Positions 53,506 to 61,672 of a stretch of DNA of 64,000 bases are shown in pieces. The stretch's first letter is position 1, and every line of letters starts with the position of its first letter. The DNA is taken from NCBI GenBank assembly GCA_035454685.1, contig DATIGN010000127.1:56269-120268 (forward strand). Reading direction: 5' to 3'. This DNA is from Burkholderiales bacterium. Its GTDB lineage: Bacteria > Pseudomonadota > Gammaproteobacteria > Burkholderiales > SG8-39. Below the pieces are notes generated by a model. That model saw only the letters and a program-made list of their open reading frames with translations, was not told where the DNA came from and ran no database searches. The position numbers were made by a program, and so were the translations under genes.

Positions 53506-54293
53506 TACTTGTCGAGCCGGAAGCGGCGCGGCTTGAGCGCGCGGCAGATCTCCCGCGTGAGCCCTGCCTGCGGCAGCGCGAGACCGCACTCCGCGGCCAT
53601 CTGCGCGACGATCGCCATGTCATCCTCGGCCCACGCCATGGTCTGCGTACCCCACTTCTCGAGCGCCGAGTTCGCCGCGCTCGACATGCCGAGCGCTCGG
53701 CGCAGCATCTGGACATCTACGCCATAGCGCTGCGCCAGAGCGAGGCCTTCGTGGTCCGCTACCAGGCAGGCCCACATGATGAGGTTGTTCACCGCCTTCG
53801 CGACCTGCGCCGAGCCTACAGCGCCAGTGTGGACTACCTCGGATGAATAGGCCTTCAGCACCGGAGTGACGCGCTCGACCACCTCCTTCCGTCCGCCCAC
53901 GAACGAAAGCAGCGTCCCCTGGTCCGCCGCCTCCCCTCCGCGGCAAACCGTCGAGTCGATCAGCGAAATCTCCCGGTTGGCTTTGGCCAGCTCTTGCACG
54001 GTTTTCGGCAGGATTGTGCTCAGGATAGCGACGATCTTCCCCTTCAAGGGCTCGCGGTTTTTCTCGAGCAGCTGGCGCACCTCGTGATCGAAGCCGACGC
54101 AGACAAGAACAATGTCGCTCTCTCTTGCCAAGACAGCGGCATCGCTCCGCCACGACGCAGACTTCCTTTCCACCTCGCCCTTCTTTCCTGGGTCAACGTC
54201 GGTCGCAAGAGTCCGAAACCCTTTTCTTGCCAAGTGCCCGATGATCGGCAGCCCCATGCGCCCCGCTCCGACGACGCCGACGGTGTCGCTCAT
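53502..54293 (-). CDS. NAD(P)-dependent 3-hydroxyisobutyrate-dehydrogenase-family oxidoreductase
   Basis: Start at the internal ATG (MSDTVGVVGAGRMGLPIIGHL). AKAVNN motif. Confidence 0.85.
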   Translation of the reverse strand: MSDTVGVVGAGRMGLPIIGHLARKGFRTLATDVDPGKKGEVERKSASWRSDAAVLARESDIVLVCVGFDHEVRQLLEKNREPLKGKIVAILSTILPKTVQELAKANREISLIDSTVCRGGEAADQGTLLSFVGGRKEVVERVTPVLKAYSSEVVHTGAVGSAQVAKAVNNLIMWACLVADHEGLALAQRYGVDVQMLRRALGMSSAANSALEKWGTQTMAWAEDDMAIVAQMAAECGLALPQAGLTREICRALKPRRFRLDKY

Positions 54294-56002
54294 CGTTTCT
54301 GGGTAATCGTGTCGAGGAGCGCCGGCTGGCCGGCCTTGACGCGCGCGATGGCGCGCCTGAGCGCGGCGGCGACATCGCCGGGACGGCCGATAGGACCCTC
54401 GGCGTACCAGCCCATGGACTTCGCCAGCGCGGCGAAATCCGGGGCCGGGTCGTCCATGTCCATGCCGATGTGCGCGCGCTCCACCGGCGTGCCGCGCAGC
54501 TTCGCCATGCGGATCTGGTGCTCCCAGTCGTTGTAATAGGCGCGGTTGTTGTACATCACCACGAGCAGCGGAATGCGGTGCTTTGCCGCCACCCACAGCG
54601 CGCCTGCGTCGAACATGAGGTCGCCGTCGGGCTGAAGGTCGACGACCAGCCGCTTTGCATCGCGGTGCGCGAGCGCGACGCCAAGCGAAATTCCGATCTG
54701 CGTCGCCGTGCCGAGAGACTTTCCGGCATGGCGATACGGCTTGTCGAAGTCCCAGATCTGCCGCGCCCGGTCGTCCAGGGTCCCCGCCGCGAGCACCCAG
54801 TCTTCGGACTTGATCGCGTTCCACACTTCCGTCGCGAGCCGCGGCAAGGTAATCGGGCTCGCGTCCCAGTCCTCCTTCGCTTCCGCCTGCCACTTCGCAT
54901 GCGCTTTTTGGCGCAGCTCGGCCACGGTTCTTAGCCAGGAATCGCGCTTAACGGGTCTTGATGCAAGAAGCTTCGTTAGCGTAGGAATCGCAAGCGTGGT
55001 ATCCGCGAGAATGCGCAGGTCGGCGTGCGCAAGGCGCTGGTAGTCCATCGCCCAGCTCGAAATCTCGAGGTCGCCGAAGCCGATGTCGATCCATTTGCAG
55101 TCCGCCGGAACGAGCGAGGTCACCTCGCGCGTCGTGCTCACGAGCTCGGTCGTGGGGCGCTCCCAGTCCCGCGTATCGAGGCAAAGGATGAGGTCCGCGT
55201 CGCGAAAGACATGCTTCACCATGCTCAGGTTGAGCGGATGCCGGCTCGGGAAGTTGAGGCGGCTGTTGACGTCGTAGACCGGTGCGCCGAGCGTCTCGGC
55301 GAGCTCGACCAGGGCATGGAAGCCAGCGGGCTCGCGGCCGACATACTCGGCGATGATCGCCGGGCGTTTCGCGGCAGCAAGCATCTCGGCCGCTCTTTCC
55401 AGCGCTGCGGGGTCCGGTGCGAGCGGGCTCGGCACTTTGGCGGCGGACGATTTTGGAAGCGCGACCTCATGCTCGAGCGGCTGCTCCTGGAGCCAGGCGT
55501 CGTAGCACATGTAGATCGGGCCGCGCGGCTCGGTCATCATCACCGCATAGGCGCGCGCGAAAGATTCGGGCACGCCGTCGATCACGGTCGGCTGATAGTC
55601 CCACTTGGTGTATGCGCGCACCGCCTCGCCCTGCACCAGCGCGCTGTGGATCCAGTCGATGCGCGGCCGGCGTTTGGTCTCGTCCATAGGCCCCGTGGCG
55701 CCGATGATGAACACCGGCGCGCGGTCGGCGTAGGCGTAGTAGATCGCCATGTTGGCGTGCAGGAGGCCGACCAGGTTATGCAGGATGGCGACCATCGGTC
55801 TTCCGCTCGCCTTGGCGTAGCCGTGAGCGATCTGCACCGCGGTCTCCTCATGCTGGCAGAGCATCATGGCCGGCCGGTTGCCGCCGTAATTCACCATCGA
55901 GTCGTGCAGCCCGCGGTAGGAGGCGCCCGGGTTGAGTGCCGCATAGGGAAAATCGTAGGCATGCAGCATGTCCACGATCACGTCGGAAGCCCAGCGCTTC
56001 AT
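54290..56002 (-). CDS. Thiamine-diphosphate-dependent enzyme (acetolactate-synthase/benzoylformate-decarboxylase superfamily)
   Basis: Start at the internal ATG (MKRWASDVIVDML). HEETAVQIAHGYA Pyr-domain Glu. GDLMFDAGALWVAAKHRIPLLVVMYNN ThDP-binding motif. Confidence 0.85.
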   Translation of the reverse strand: MKRWASDVIVDMLHAYDFPYAALNPGASYRGLHDSMVNYGGNRPAMMLCQHEETAVQIAHGYAKASGRPMVAILHNLVGLLHANMAIYYAYADRAPVFIIGATGPMDETKRRPRIDWIHSALVQGEAVRAYTKWDYQPTVIDGVPESFARAYAVMMTEPRGPIYMCYDAWLQEQPLEHEVALPKSSAAKVPSPLAPDPAALERAAEMLAAAKRPAIIAEYVGREPAGFHALVELAETLGAPVYDVNSRLNFPSRHPLNLSMVKHVFRDADLILCLDTRDWERPTTELVSTTREVTSLVPADCKWIDIGFGDLEISSWAMDYQRLAHADLRILADTTLAIPTLTKLLASRPVKRDSWLRTVAELRQKAHAKWQAEAKEDWDASPITLPRLATEVWNAIKSEDWVLAAGTLDDRARQIWDFDKPYRHAGKSLGTATQIGISLGVALAHRDAKRLVVDLQPDGDLMFDAGALWVAAKHRIPLLVVMYNNRAYYNDWEHQIRMAKLRGTPVERAHIGMDMDDPAPDFAALAKSMGWYAEGPIGRPGDVAAALRRAIARVKAGQPALLDTITQKR

Positions 56003-57117
56003 TCGTAAGCCCACTCCCCGGACGCCTTGAGCGCCACGCACTTCTCCGGATCGATGCGCACGTAGAGGCTCGCGCCGACCGGCGTGCGCAGCGACGGATG
56101 CGCGCGCGACTGCACCGAGCGGCGGCCGATCATTACCTGGAAGTCAACGACCTCGCCGAGGAATACCTTCTGGTCCACGGTGGCCTGGTAGACGTTCTCG
56201 CCGTCGCGGCGGCTCTCGGAAAGCTCCACGTCTTCCGGCCGGATCGAGAGCACCACCTCCTCGCCGCTCTTCAGCGAATCGACACCGCGCGCCTTCAGTT
56301 CGCCGATCTCGGAGCGGATGCGGTAGAAGCCGCCCGCCGGGTCGGCTGCGCTCACGTCACCCTTGATGAAGTTGGTGGTGCCGACGAAGTCTGCGACGAA
56401 CTGGTTGCGCGGGCGCTCGTACACCTCGCGCGGCGAGCCGAGCTGCTCGATGCGCCCCGCGTTCATCACCGCGATCGAGTGCGACAGCGCGAGCGCCTCG
56501 CTCTGGTCGTGCGTGACGTAGACGGTGGTGATGCCGAGCTCGCGCTGCAGCCGCTTGAGCTCGAAGCGCATGCGCTCGCGCAGCTTGGCGTCGAGGTTGG
56601 AAAGCGGCTCGTCGAGGAGCAGGAGCGACGGCTCCATGACAAGGGCCCTCGCGAGCGCCAGGCGCTGCTGCTGCCCGCCGGAGAGCTTGGTCGCCTCGCG
56701 ATCGGCCATTTCCTCCAGCGCCACCACCTTGAGCACGCGGTGCACGCGCTCGTGGATCTGGATTTTCGGCATGCTTTTCCTGGAAACCTGCAACGGAAAG
56801 GCCGCGTTGTCGAACACCGTCATGTGGGGCCAGATGGCATAGGACTGGAACACCATGCCGAGTCCGCGGCGGTTCGGCGGCACGAACACCCGCTGTGTCG
56901 AGGAATAGATGACGCGGCCCCCGACGACGATTTCCCCGGAACGCGGCTTTTCCAGCCCGGCGATCGAGCGCAGCGTAGTGGTCTTGCCGCATCCGCTCGG
57001 GCCGAGCAGCGTGAAGAGCTTGCCCTGCGGCACGTCGAAGCTCACGTCCTGCGCGGCGCGGATTGTCTGGCCGTGCTCGCCGGCGTACTCCGTGCACAGA
57101 GCCGAAACGCTGAGCAA
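55999..57117 (-). CDS. ABC importer ATP-binding protein (PotA/FbpC-like, with a C-terminal regulatory domain)
   Basis: TTG start at 57117, just after the permease stop. GPSGCGKTT, LSGGQQQRLALARAL, LLLLDEPLSNLD. Confidence 0.88.
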   Translation of the reverse strand: MLSVSALCTEYAGEHGQTIRAAQDVSFDVPQGKLFTLLGPSGCGKTTTLRSIAGLEKPRSGEIVVGGRVIYSSTQRVFVPPNRRGLGMVFQSYAIWPHMTVFDNAAFPLQVSRKSMPKIQIHERVHRVLKVVALEEMADREATKLSGGQQQRLALARALVMEPSLLLLDEPLSNLDAKLRERMRFELKRLQRELGITTVYVTHDQSEALALSHSIAVMNAGRIEQLGSPREVYERPRNQFVADFVGTTNFIKGDVSAADPAGGFYRIRSEIGELKARGVDSLKSGEEVVLSIRPEDVELSESRRDGENVYQATVDQKVFLGEVVDFQVMIGRRSVQSRAHPSLRTPVGASLYVRIDPEKCVALKASGEWAYE

Positions 57118-57119
57118 GC

Positions 57120-58862
57120 CTAGTGCTCCTTGATCCCGAACTTGCTGCCGACCCACTGCGCGATCATCACCAGGATGAACAGCGCGATGATGAACATCAC
57201 CCCGAGCGCCGAGAGCTCGACGTACTGGCCGTTCTCCCACAGCTCCCAGATGAGGATCGAGAGCACCTCGTTGCCCGGGCTATAGAGAAGGATCGAGCTC
57301 GAGAGCTCGCGGATCGACACGATCATGATGTAGATCCAGCCGGCGACCAGCCCCGGTTTGAGCAGCGGCAGAATGATGCGCCTGAAGCTCGTCGTCCAGG
57401 AAGCGCCGCTCATGGCCGCCGATTCCTCGAGCTCCTTGTGGATCTGCAGCATCGAGGTCGTGTTGTAGCGCAGCCCGTAGGGCAGGAAGCGCGTCACGTA
57501 GGCGATGACCAGGATCCAGATCGTGCCGTAGACGCCGATCGGCACGTAGAGGTAGAGGATCATGATCGACAGGCCAAGCACGATGCCCGGAAACACCATC
57601 GGCAGCGAGGCGATGTTGTCGAGCAGCCAGCGGCCGGGCAGCCGGGTCTTGACCACGATCCAGCAGATCACCGAGGTCACGAGCATGATGAGCGTGGCTG
57701 AGCCGACAGCGAGCACCAGGCTGTTCCACACCGAGCGCCACAGTCCCGGGTGATCGAGCACGGTGCGGTAGGGCTCGAACGTCATGCGCTGGATCGCTTC
57801 GATGGAGGGCACGGAGTAGAACTTCTGGAACGACGACCACAGCAGGACCGCGAACGGCAGCAGCACGATGAGCAGGAAGTAGACCAGGAACACCGCGACC
57901 GCGAGGTAACGCCACGGGCCGAGGTCGATCTGGCGCGGCCGGAAGCCCTTGCCGGTCATGGTCGCGTACTTGTTGCCCCGGCTCGACAGCACCGACTGAA
58001 AGTACACGCCGATAGTGGTGAGCAGCAGCAGCGTGACCGCGTAGGCGGAAGCGAGGCCGATCTGGCTTGGATAGCGGTGCACCGCCTGGTAGATCGCCGA
58101 GGTGAAGACCTGAATGCCGACCGGAAGCCCGAGCAGCGCCGGCACCTCGAACGATTCGATCGCCCGCACGAAAAGAATGAGCAACGTGGCGAAGATCGCG
58201 GGCCATACCAATGGCAATGTCACCCGGGTGAGCACCTGCCACACGCTCGCGCCGCTCATCACGGCCGACTCTTCGAGCGCCGGATCCATCGCGCGGAACG
58301 CCGCGGTCATCAGCAGGAAAGCCATCGGCGAGTAGTGCAGCGCGTCGACCCAGATCATTCCCCAGAGCGAGTAGACGTTGATGAACACCGCTTCGGTGTC
58401 GAAGACCTTCTGCAGCGCCAGGTTGATGAGGCCGATCTTCGGGCTGCCCAGCAGGATCCACGAGACGGTGAAGAGAATTCCCGGGATCACGAGCGGAATG
58501 AGCGAGAGCGCGAAAAAGAGCGCCTTGAACGGGGTATTGGTGCGCTCGTTCATCCACGCGAGCAGCGTCCCGAGCACGAAAGCGAGCACGGCGGTGCCCG
58601 AGGCAAACTTGACCGAGTTCCAGAACAGCACCCAGGTTTCCGCCGAGCCGTAGGCCTCGCGGTAGTTGCCGAGCGTGAACTCGGCCGCCTTGGCCGCGGT
58701 GTGGGGCGTGAAGAAGCTCTGCCAGAGCAGGAAGCCGAGCGGCACGATGCCGAGGTAAACCGTGACGGCGACACAGACGCCGATGATCAGCCATTTCGGG
58801 TCGAAGGCGAGCCGCGGCGCAGCGGCCGCCGGCGCCCTAGCGAGGGTGGTGGTGCTCGGCAT
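57120..58862 (-). CDS. Fused two-module ABC importer permease (FbpB/ThiP-type)
   Basis: 580 aa, two MalFG-type halves. Confidence 0.85.
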   Translation of the reverse strand: MPSTTTLARAPAAAAPRLAFDPKWLIIGVCVAVTVYLGIVPLGFLLWQSFFTPHTAAKAAEFTLGNYREAYGSAETWVLFWNSVKFASGTAVLAFVLGTLLAWMNERTNTPFKALFFALSLIPLVIPGILFTVSWILLGSPKIGLINLALQKVFDTEAVFINVYSLWGMIWVDALHYSPMAFLLMTAAFRAMDPALEESAVMSGASVWQVLTRVTLPLVWPAIFATLLILFVRAIESFEVPALLGLPVGIQVFTSAIYQAVHRYPSQIGLASAYAVTLLLLTTIGVYFQSVLSSRGNKYATMTGKGFRPRQIDLGPWRYLAVAVFLVYFLLIVLLPFAVLLWSSFQKFYSVPSIEAIQRMTFEPYRTVLDHPGLWRSVWNSLVLAVGSATLIMLVTSVICWIVVKTRLPGRWLLDNIASLPMVFPGIVLGLSIMILYLYVPIGVYGTIWILVIAYVTRFLPYGLRYNTTSMLQIHKELEESAAMSGASWTTSFRRIILPLLKPGLVAGWIYIMIVSIRELSSSILLYSPGNEVLSILIWELWENGQYVELSALGVMFIIALFILVMIAQWVGSKFGIKEH

Positions 58863-60417
58863 GCCGATGCGGCACGCGGGGATCCTGGCTGAAGACCAGG
58901 GACTTGATCGTGACCGGCACGGTATTCGAAGGCACCCGGATGCGGCCGAGATCGATGTAGTCGAAGTCGCGCAGCGCGACGCCGTCGATCACCAGCACTT
59001 CGGAGCGCAGTCTCCAGTCTTCCTTGAGGATCGCGCCGAGCGTATGCGCGACGTCGCCTTCGAGGACGAGGTAGATCGGCTTCTCCCGCTCAATTGTGGC
59101 GCGCAGAGCAAGGGTGATTGCGCGGGCCAACGTCGACAGGCGCTCGAACGAAGGTTCGCCGCGCCACTTGAACGCGAGTGCGACCTCGGTTTCGCCTTCG
59201 GCTATATCGAAAGCTTCGAAATGCGCGCGGATGGCCGCAGCCACGGTCGCGGCGTCGATCGGCCCTTCGAGCCGTACGGGCGGCTGCAGCGCCGGCAGGT
59301 TCTTGCGCGGCAGCAGCGCCCCCGGCTCGGACACATATACCGTGTTGCCGGAAAGCTGAACGCTGTACTCGGAGGCGCCGAACGCCGTCGCGCGGATGCA
59401 CTCTCCGGCGGGAAGCAGTTTCCCCGGCAGGCGGTCGAGGCGCTGCGCGAGCGCCCGGCCCAGTCGCCTGCCCAGGTCGCCGAAATCGCGCTCCTCGCGT
59501 CCGTAGACGTATTCACCGACCCCGCCGGAAAACATGACGCCGTGGACGGCGCGCAGCTCCCTGAGCGGCTCGGTGAGATAGCCGCGCCGCTCGCCCAGTA
59601 TCGCCATGCAGAGCGATTCAGCCATCCATTCGCACAAGAAATCCAGCTCAGCCGGTGCGACCCGGCCGCCGAGCTGTAAATCGAGCCCTGCCTGCCGTGC
59701 CAGCGCGCGCCCTTGGGGATCAAGGCGTGTGATGCGACCCTCGGCGTCCGCGACGAGCAGCCGGCCGCCGATGTGGATCGCGGCCGTCTCGAGGACGCGG
59801 CCGTGCTCGATCAGGGCGAGCTTGGTGGTGCCGCCGCCGATATCGATGTTGAGCACGCGCAGGCCGCGGTCGTGCGATACCTGCGCCGCGCCCGAGCCGT
59901 ACGCCGCAAGCATCGCTTCCATGTGATGCCCGGCGGTCGCGCAAACAAACTCTCCGCCCATCTCGGCGAGCAGCTCGCCGATCGCCTGGGCATTCTCGCG
60001 GCGCAACGCTTCGCCGGTCAGGATCACCGAGCCGGTATCGACCTGGTCGGGATGCAGGCCGGCGGCCGCGTACGCCTCGTCGATGACGCGGCCAACGGCC
60101 TCTTCGTCGATGCGCGTCTCGCTCGCATAAGGCGTGAGCGCTACCGGCGACTGGTAGAGCGTCTCGCGGTTGACGACGAAATAGCGGCTCGACAGGTCCT
60201 CCCCCATGCGTCGCATATGCAGCCGCGAGAAGATCACCTGGGTACCAGCCGAGCCGATGTCGATGCCCACGCTTGTCAGCGAGACGTTGTCTTGCAGCCA
60301 GAGCGCGTCGTGCTCGGACGAAGCATCGTGCTCGTGGTCGGCGTCGTGATCGTGATCATGATCGTGATCCACCCCGTGAACGTGGTCGGCGAGCGTATGG
60401 CGTTTCTCACTCGCCAT
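58837..60417 (-). CDS. EutA-family (ASKHA-fold reactivase-like) ATPase with His/Asp-rich termini
   Basis: SVGIDIGSAGTQ, VILTGEALRRENA, LNIDIGGGTTKLAL and MFSGGVGEY resemble EutA. N-terminal HVHGVDHDHDHDHDADHEHD and C-terminal HRHAEHHH. Confidence 0.72.
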   Translation of the reverse strand: MASEKRHTLADHVHGVDHDHDHDHDADHEHDASSEHDALWLQDNVSLTSVGIDIGSAGTQVIFSRLHMRRMGEDLSSRYFVVNRETLYQSPVALTPYASETRIDEEAVGRVIDEAYAAAGLHPDQVDTGSVILTGEALRRENAQAIGELLAEMGGEFVCATAGHHMEAMLAAYGSGAAQVSHDRGLRVLNIDIGGGTTKLALIEHGRVLETAAIHIGGRLLVADAEGRITRLDPQGRALARQAGLDLQLGGRVAPAELDFLCEWMAESLCMAILGERRGYLTEPLRELRAVHGVMFSGGVGEYVYGREERDFGDLGRRLGRALAQRLDRLPGKLLPAGECIRATAFGASEYSVQLSGNTVYVSEPGALLPRKNLPALQPPVRLEGPIDAATVAAAIRAHFEAFDIAEGETEVALAFKWRGEPSFERLSTLARAITLALRATIEREKPIYLVLEGDVAHTLGAILKEDWRLRSEVLVIDGVALRDFDYIDLGRIRVPSNTVPVTIKSLVFSQDPRVPHRHAEHHHPR

Positions 60418-60568
60418 TGGCGCGTCGGTGGTACTCGAGGCGGTGCACGGTGCTCTTTACGAAGCGCAGCTGGCTGGCGAGGGTAGTAATGCCGAGTTCG
60501 TCCTCCTCGCCCGAAAACGAAGTTAGCAACCGGATCGAGTTCGCGACCGAGGACAGCGCCTTCGTCAC
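60407..60568 (-). CDS. Candidate 53-codon stand-alone IclR-type HTH mini-protein (or gene remnant)
   Basis: The GTG overlaps the SBP stop as GTGA, and the TGA overlaps the eutA-like start (ATGGCGAGTGA). Translation: VTKALSSVANSIRLLTSFSGEEDELGITTLASQLRFVKSTVHRLEYHRRANGE. It is hidden inside spurious track ORF 60407-61072. Confidence 0.45.
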   Translation of the reverse strand: MTKALSSVANSIRLLTSFSGEEDELGITTLASQLRFVKSTVHRLEYHRRANGE

Positions 60569-61587
60569 TTCCGAATGAATAGGCCCTCCCAGAGCCTGTT
60601 CCACTTTTCCTGCTCGTCGAGCACCGTGACCGGATCCACCATGGTGTACGGGAAGCGGTTGAGGTCGGTCCTGACTTTGGTGCTCACCGGCACGCGCCCC
60701 ATAGAGTTGAGCAGCTCCTGACCTTCCGGTGAGAGCACGAAATCGACGAAGAGCAGCGCGGCGTGAGGATGCGGCGCGTTGCGCGCCACCGCTATCCCCT
60801 GCGGCCGGCCGACCACCGGCTCGACTGGCAGCCAGTCGATCGGCGCGCCGCGGCGCTTGAGCGATTCGGCGTTGCTGTTGTAGACGGTAAGGCCGACCGG
60901 GATCTCGCCCGCGGCGATGAGTTCGGCAAGCAGCACATGGCCCTTGCGCACGTCGGGCTTCATCTCCGCGAGGCTGCGGAAGTACGCCATGCCCGCCGCC
61001 TCCCCCCAGGTCTTCACCAGCGTCGCCATCCATTCCGCGTCGGTGGCTTCGATGCCGATGCGCCCTCTCCACTTCGGATCCGTGAATCCAGTATAGCTTT
61101 TCGGGATCTCGTCACGCTTTACCTTTGCGGTGTTGTAGGCCACCACGAAGAAATTCACCCGATCCGGAATCCACTGGCGGTGCGACGGAATCGCGCTTGC
61201 CGGCAGGTCGGCGAGGTGGGGCGAGTGGAAATCGGCGAAGAGTTTCTCGCGCGCCATGATCTCCATCTCCGGGCCATTGGTCTCGACCACGTCGACCGCA
61301 AAGCGCCGCGCGCGCGCCTCGGTCACGGCGCGCTGCACGACCTTCTCGCTGATCGTGCGGAAAATCTCGACCTTCACGCCGGTTTTCCTCTCGAATGCCT
61401 GGCCCAGCGGCCCGGATTCGGTCGGAGCGAGCGAGGTGTAGAGGACGACGCTCCCCTCTTTGCGCGCGTTCTCTAGCAGGCGGCGGTCGCGATCGGCGCC
61501 GCTATAGCGGTAGACGGCTTCACTGGCGAAGCTCGCGCTTCCGATGCACAGCACGAGCCCCGCAATCAATTTCAATGGGCGATTCAT
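60565..61587 (-). CDS. Family-1 ABC substrate-binding protein
   Basis: Signal peptide MNRPLKLIAGLVLCIGSASFA. Paralog of 50779-51837. First gene of the importer operon. Confidence 0.85.
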   Translation of the reverse strand: MNRPLKLIAGLVLCIGSASFASEAVYRYSGADRDRRLLENARKEGSVVLYTSLAPTESGPLGQAFERKTGVKVEIFRTISEKVVQRAVTEARARRFAVDVVETNGPEMEIMAREKLFADFHSPHLADLPASAIPSHRQWIPDRVNFFVVAYNTAKVKRDEIPKSYTGFTDPKWRGRIGIEATDAEWMATLVKTWGEAAGMAYFRSLAEMKPDVRKGHVLLAELIAAGEIPVGLTVYNSNAESLKRRGAPIDWLPVEPVVGRPQGIAVARNAPHPHAALLFVDFVLSPEGQELLNSMGRVPVSTKVRTDLNRFPYTMVDPVTVLDEQEKWNRLWEGLFIRK

Positions 61588-61634
61588 TGACCCTCGTACT
61601 ATTCTATGGTGAAGTGAGCCGAGGAGAACGCGGT

Positions 61635-61644
61635 TCTATATAGA
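61635..61644. promoter_or_regulatory. 10-bp perfect palindrome TCTATATAGA in a divergent intergenic region (candidate operator/-10)
   Basis: Read directly. A second TTCTAT lies 32 bp upstream (61602-61607). Confidence 0.3.
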
Positions 61645-61672
61645 GAAACCTCGGAAACGCCGGTCCAGCCTC

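Noticed and set aside
60325-60390. Short tandem nucleotide repeat (GTGATCGTGATCATGATCGTGATC).
   Set aside because: It is the coding sequence of the His-Asp repeat (HDHDHDHD) of the EutA-like protein. It is not a CRISPR array or a satellite.
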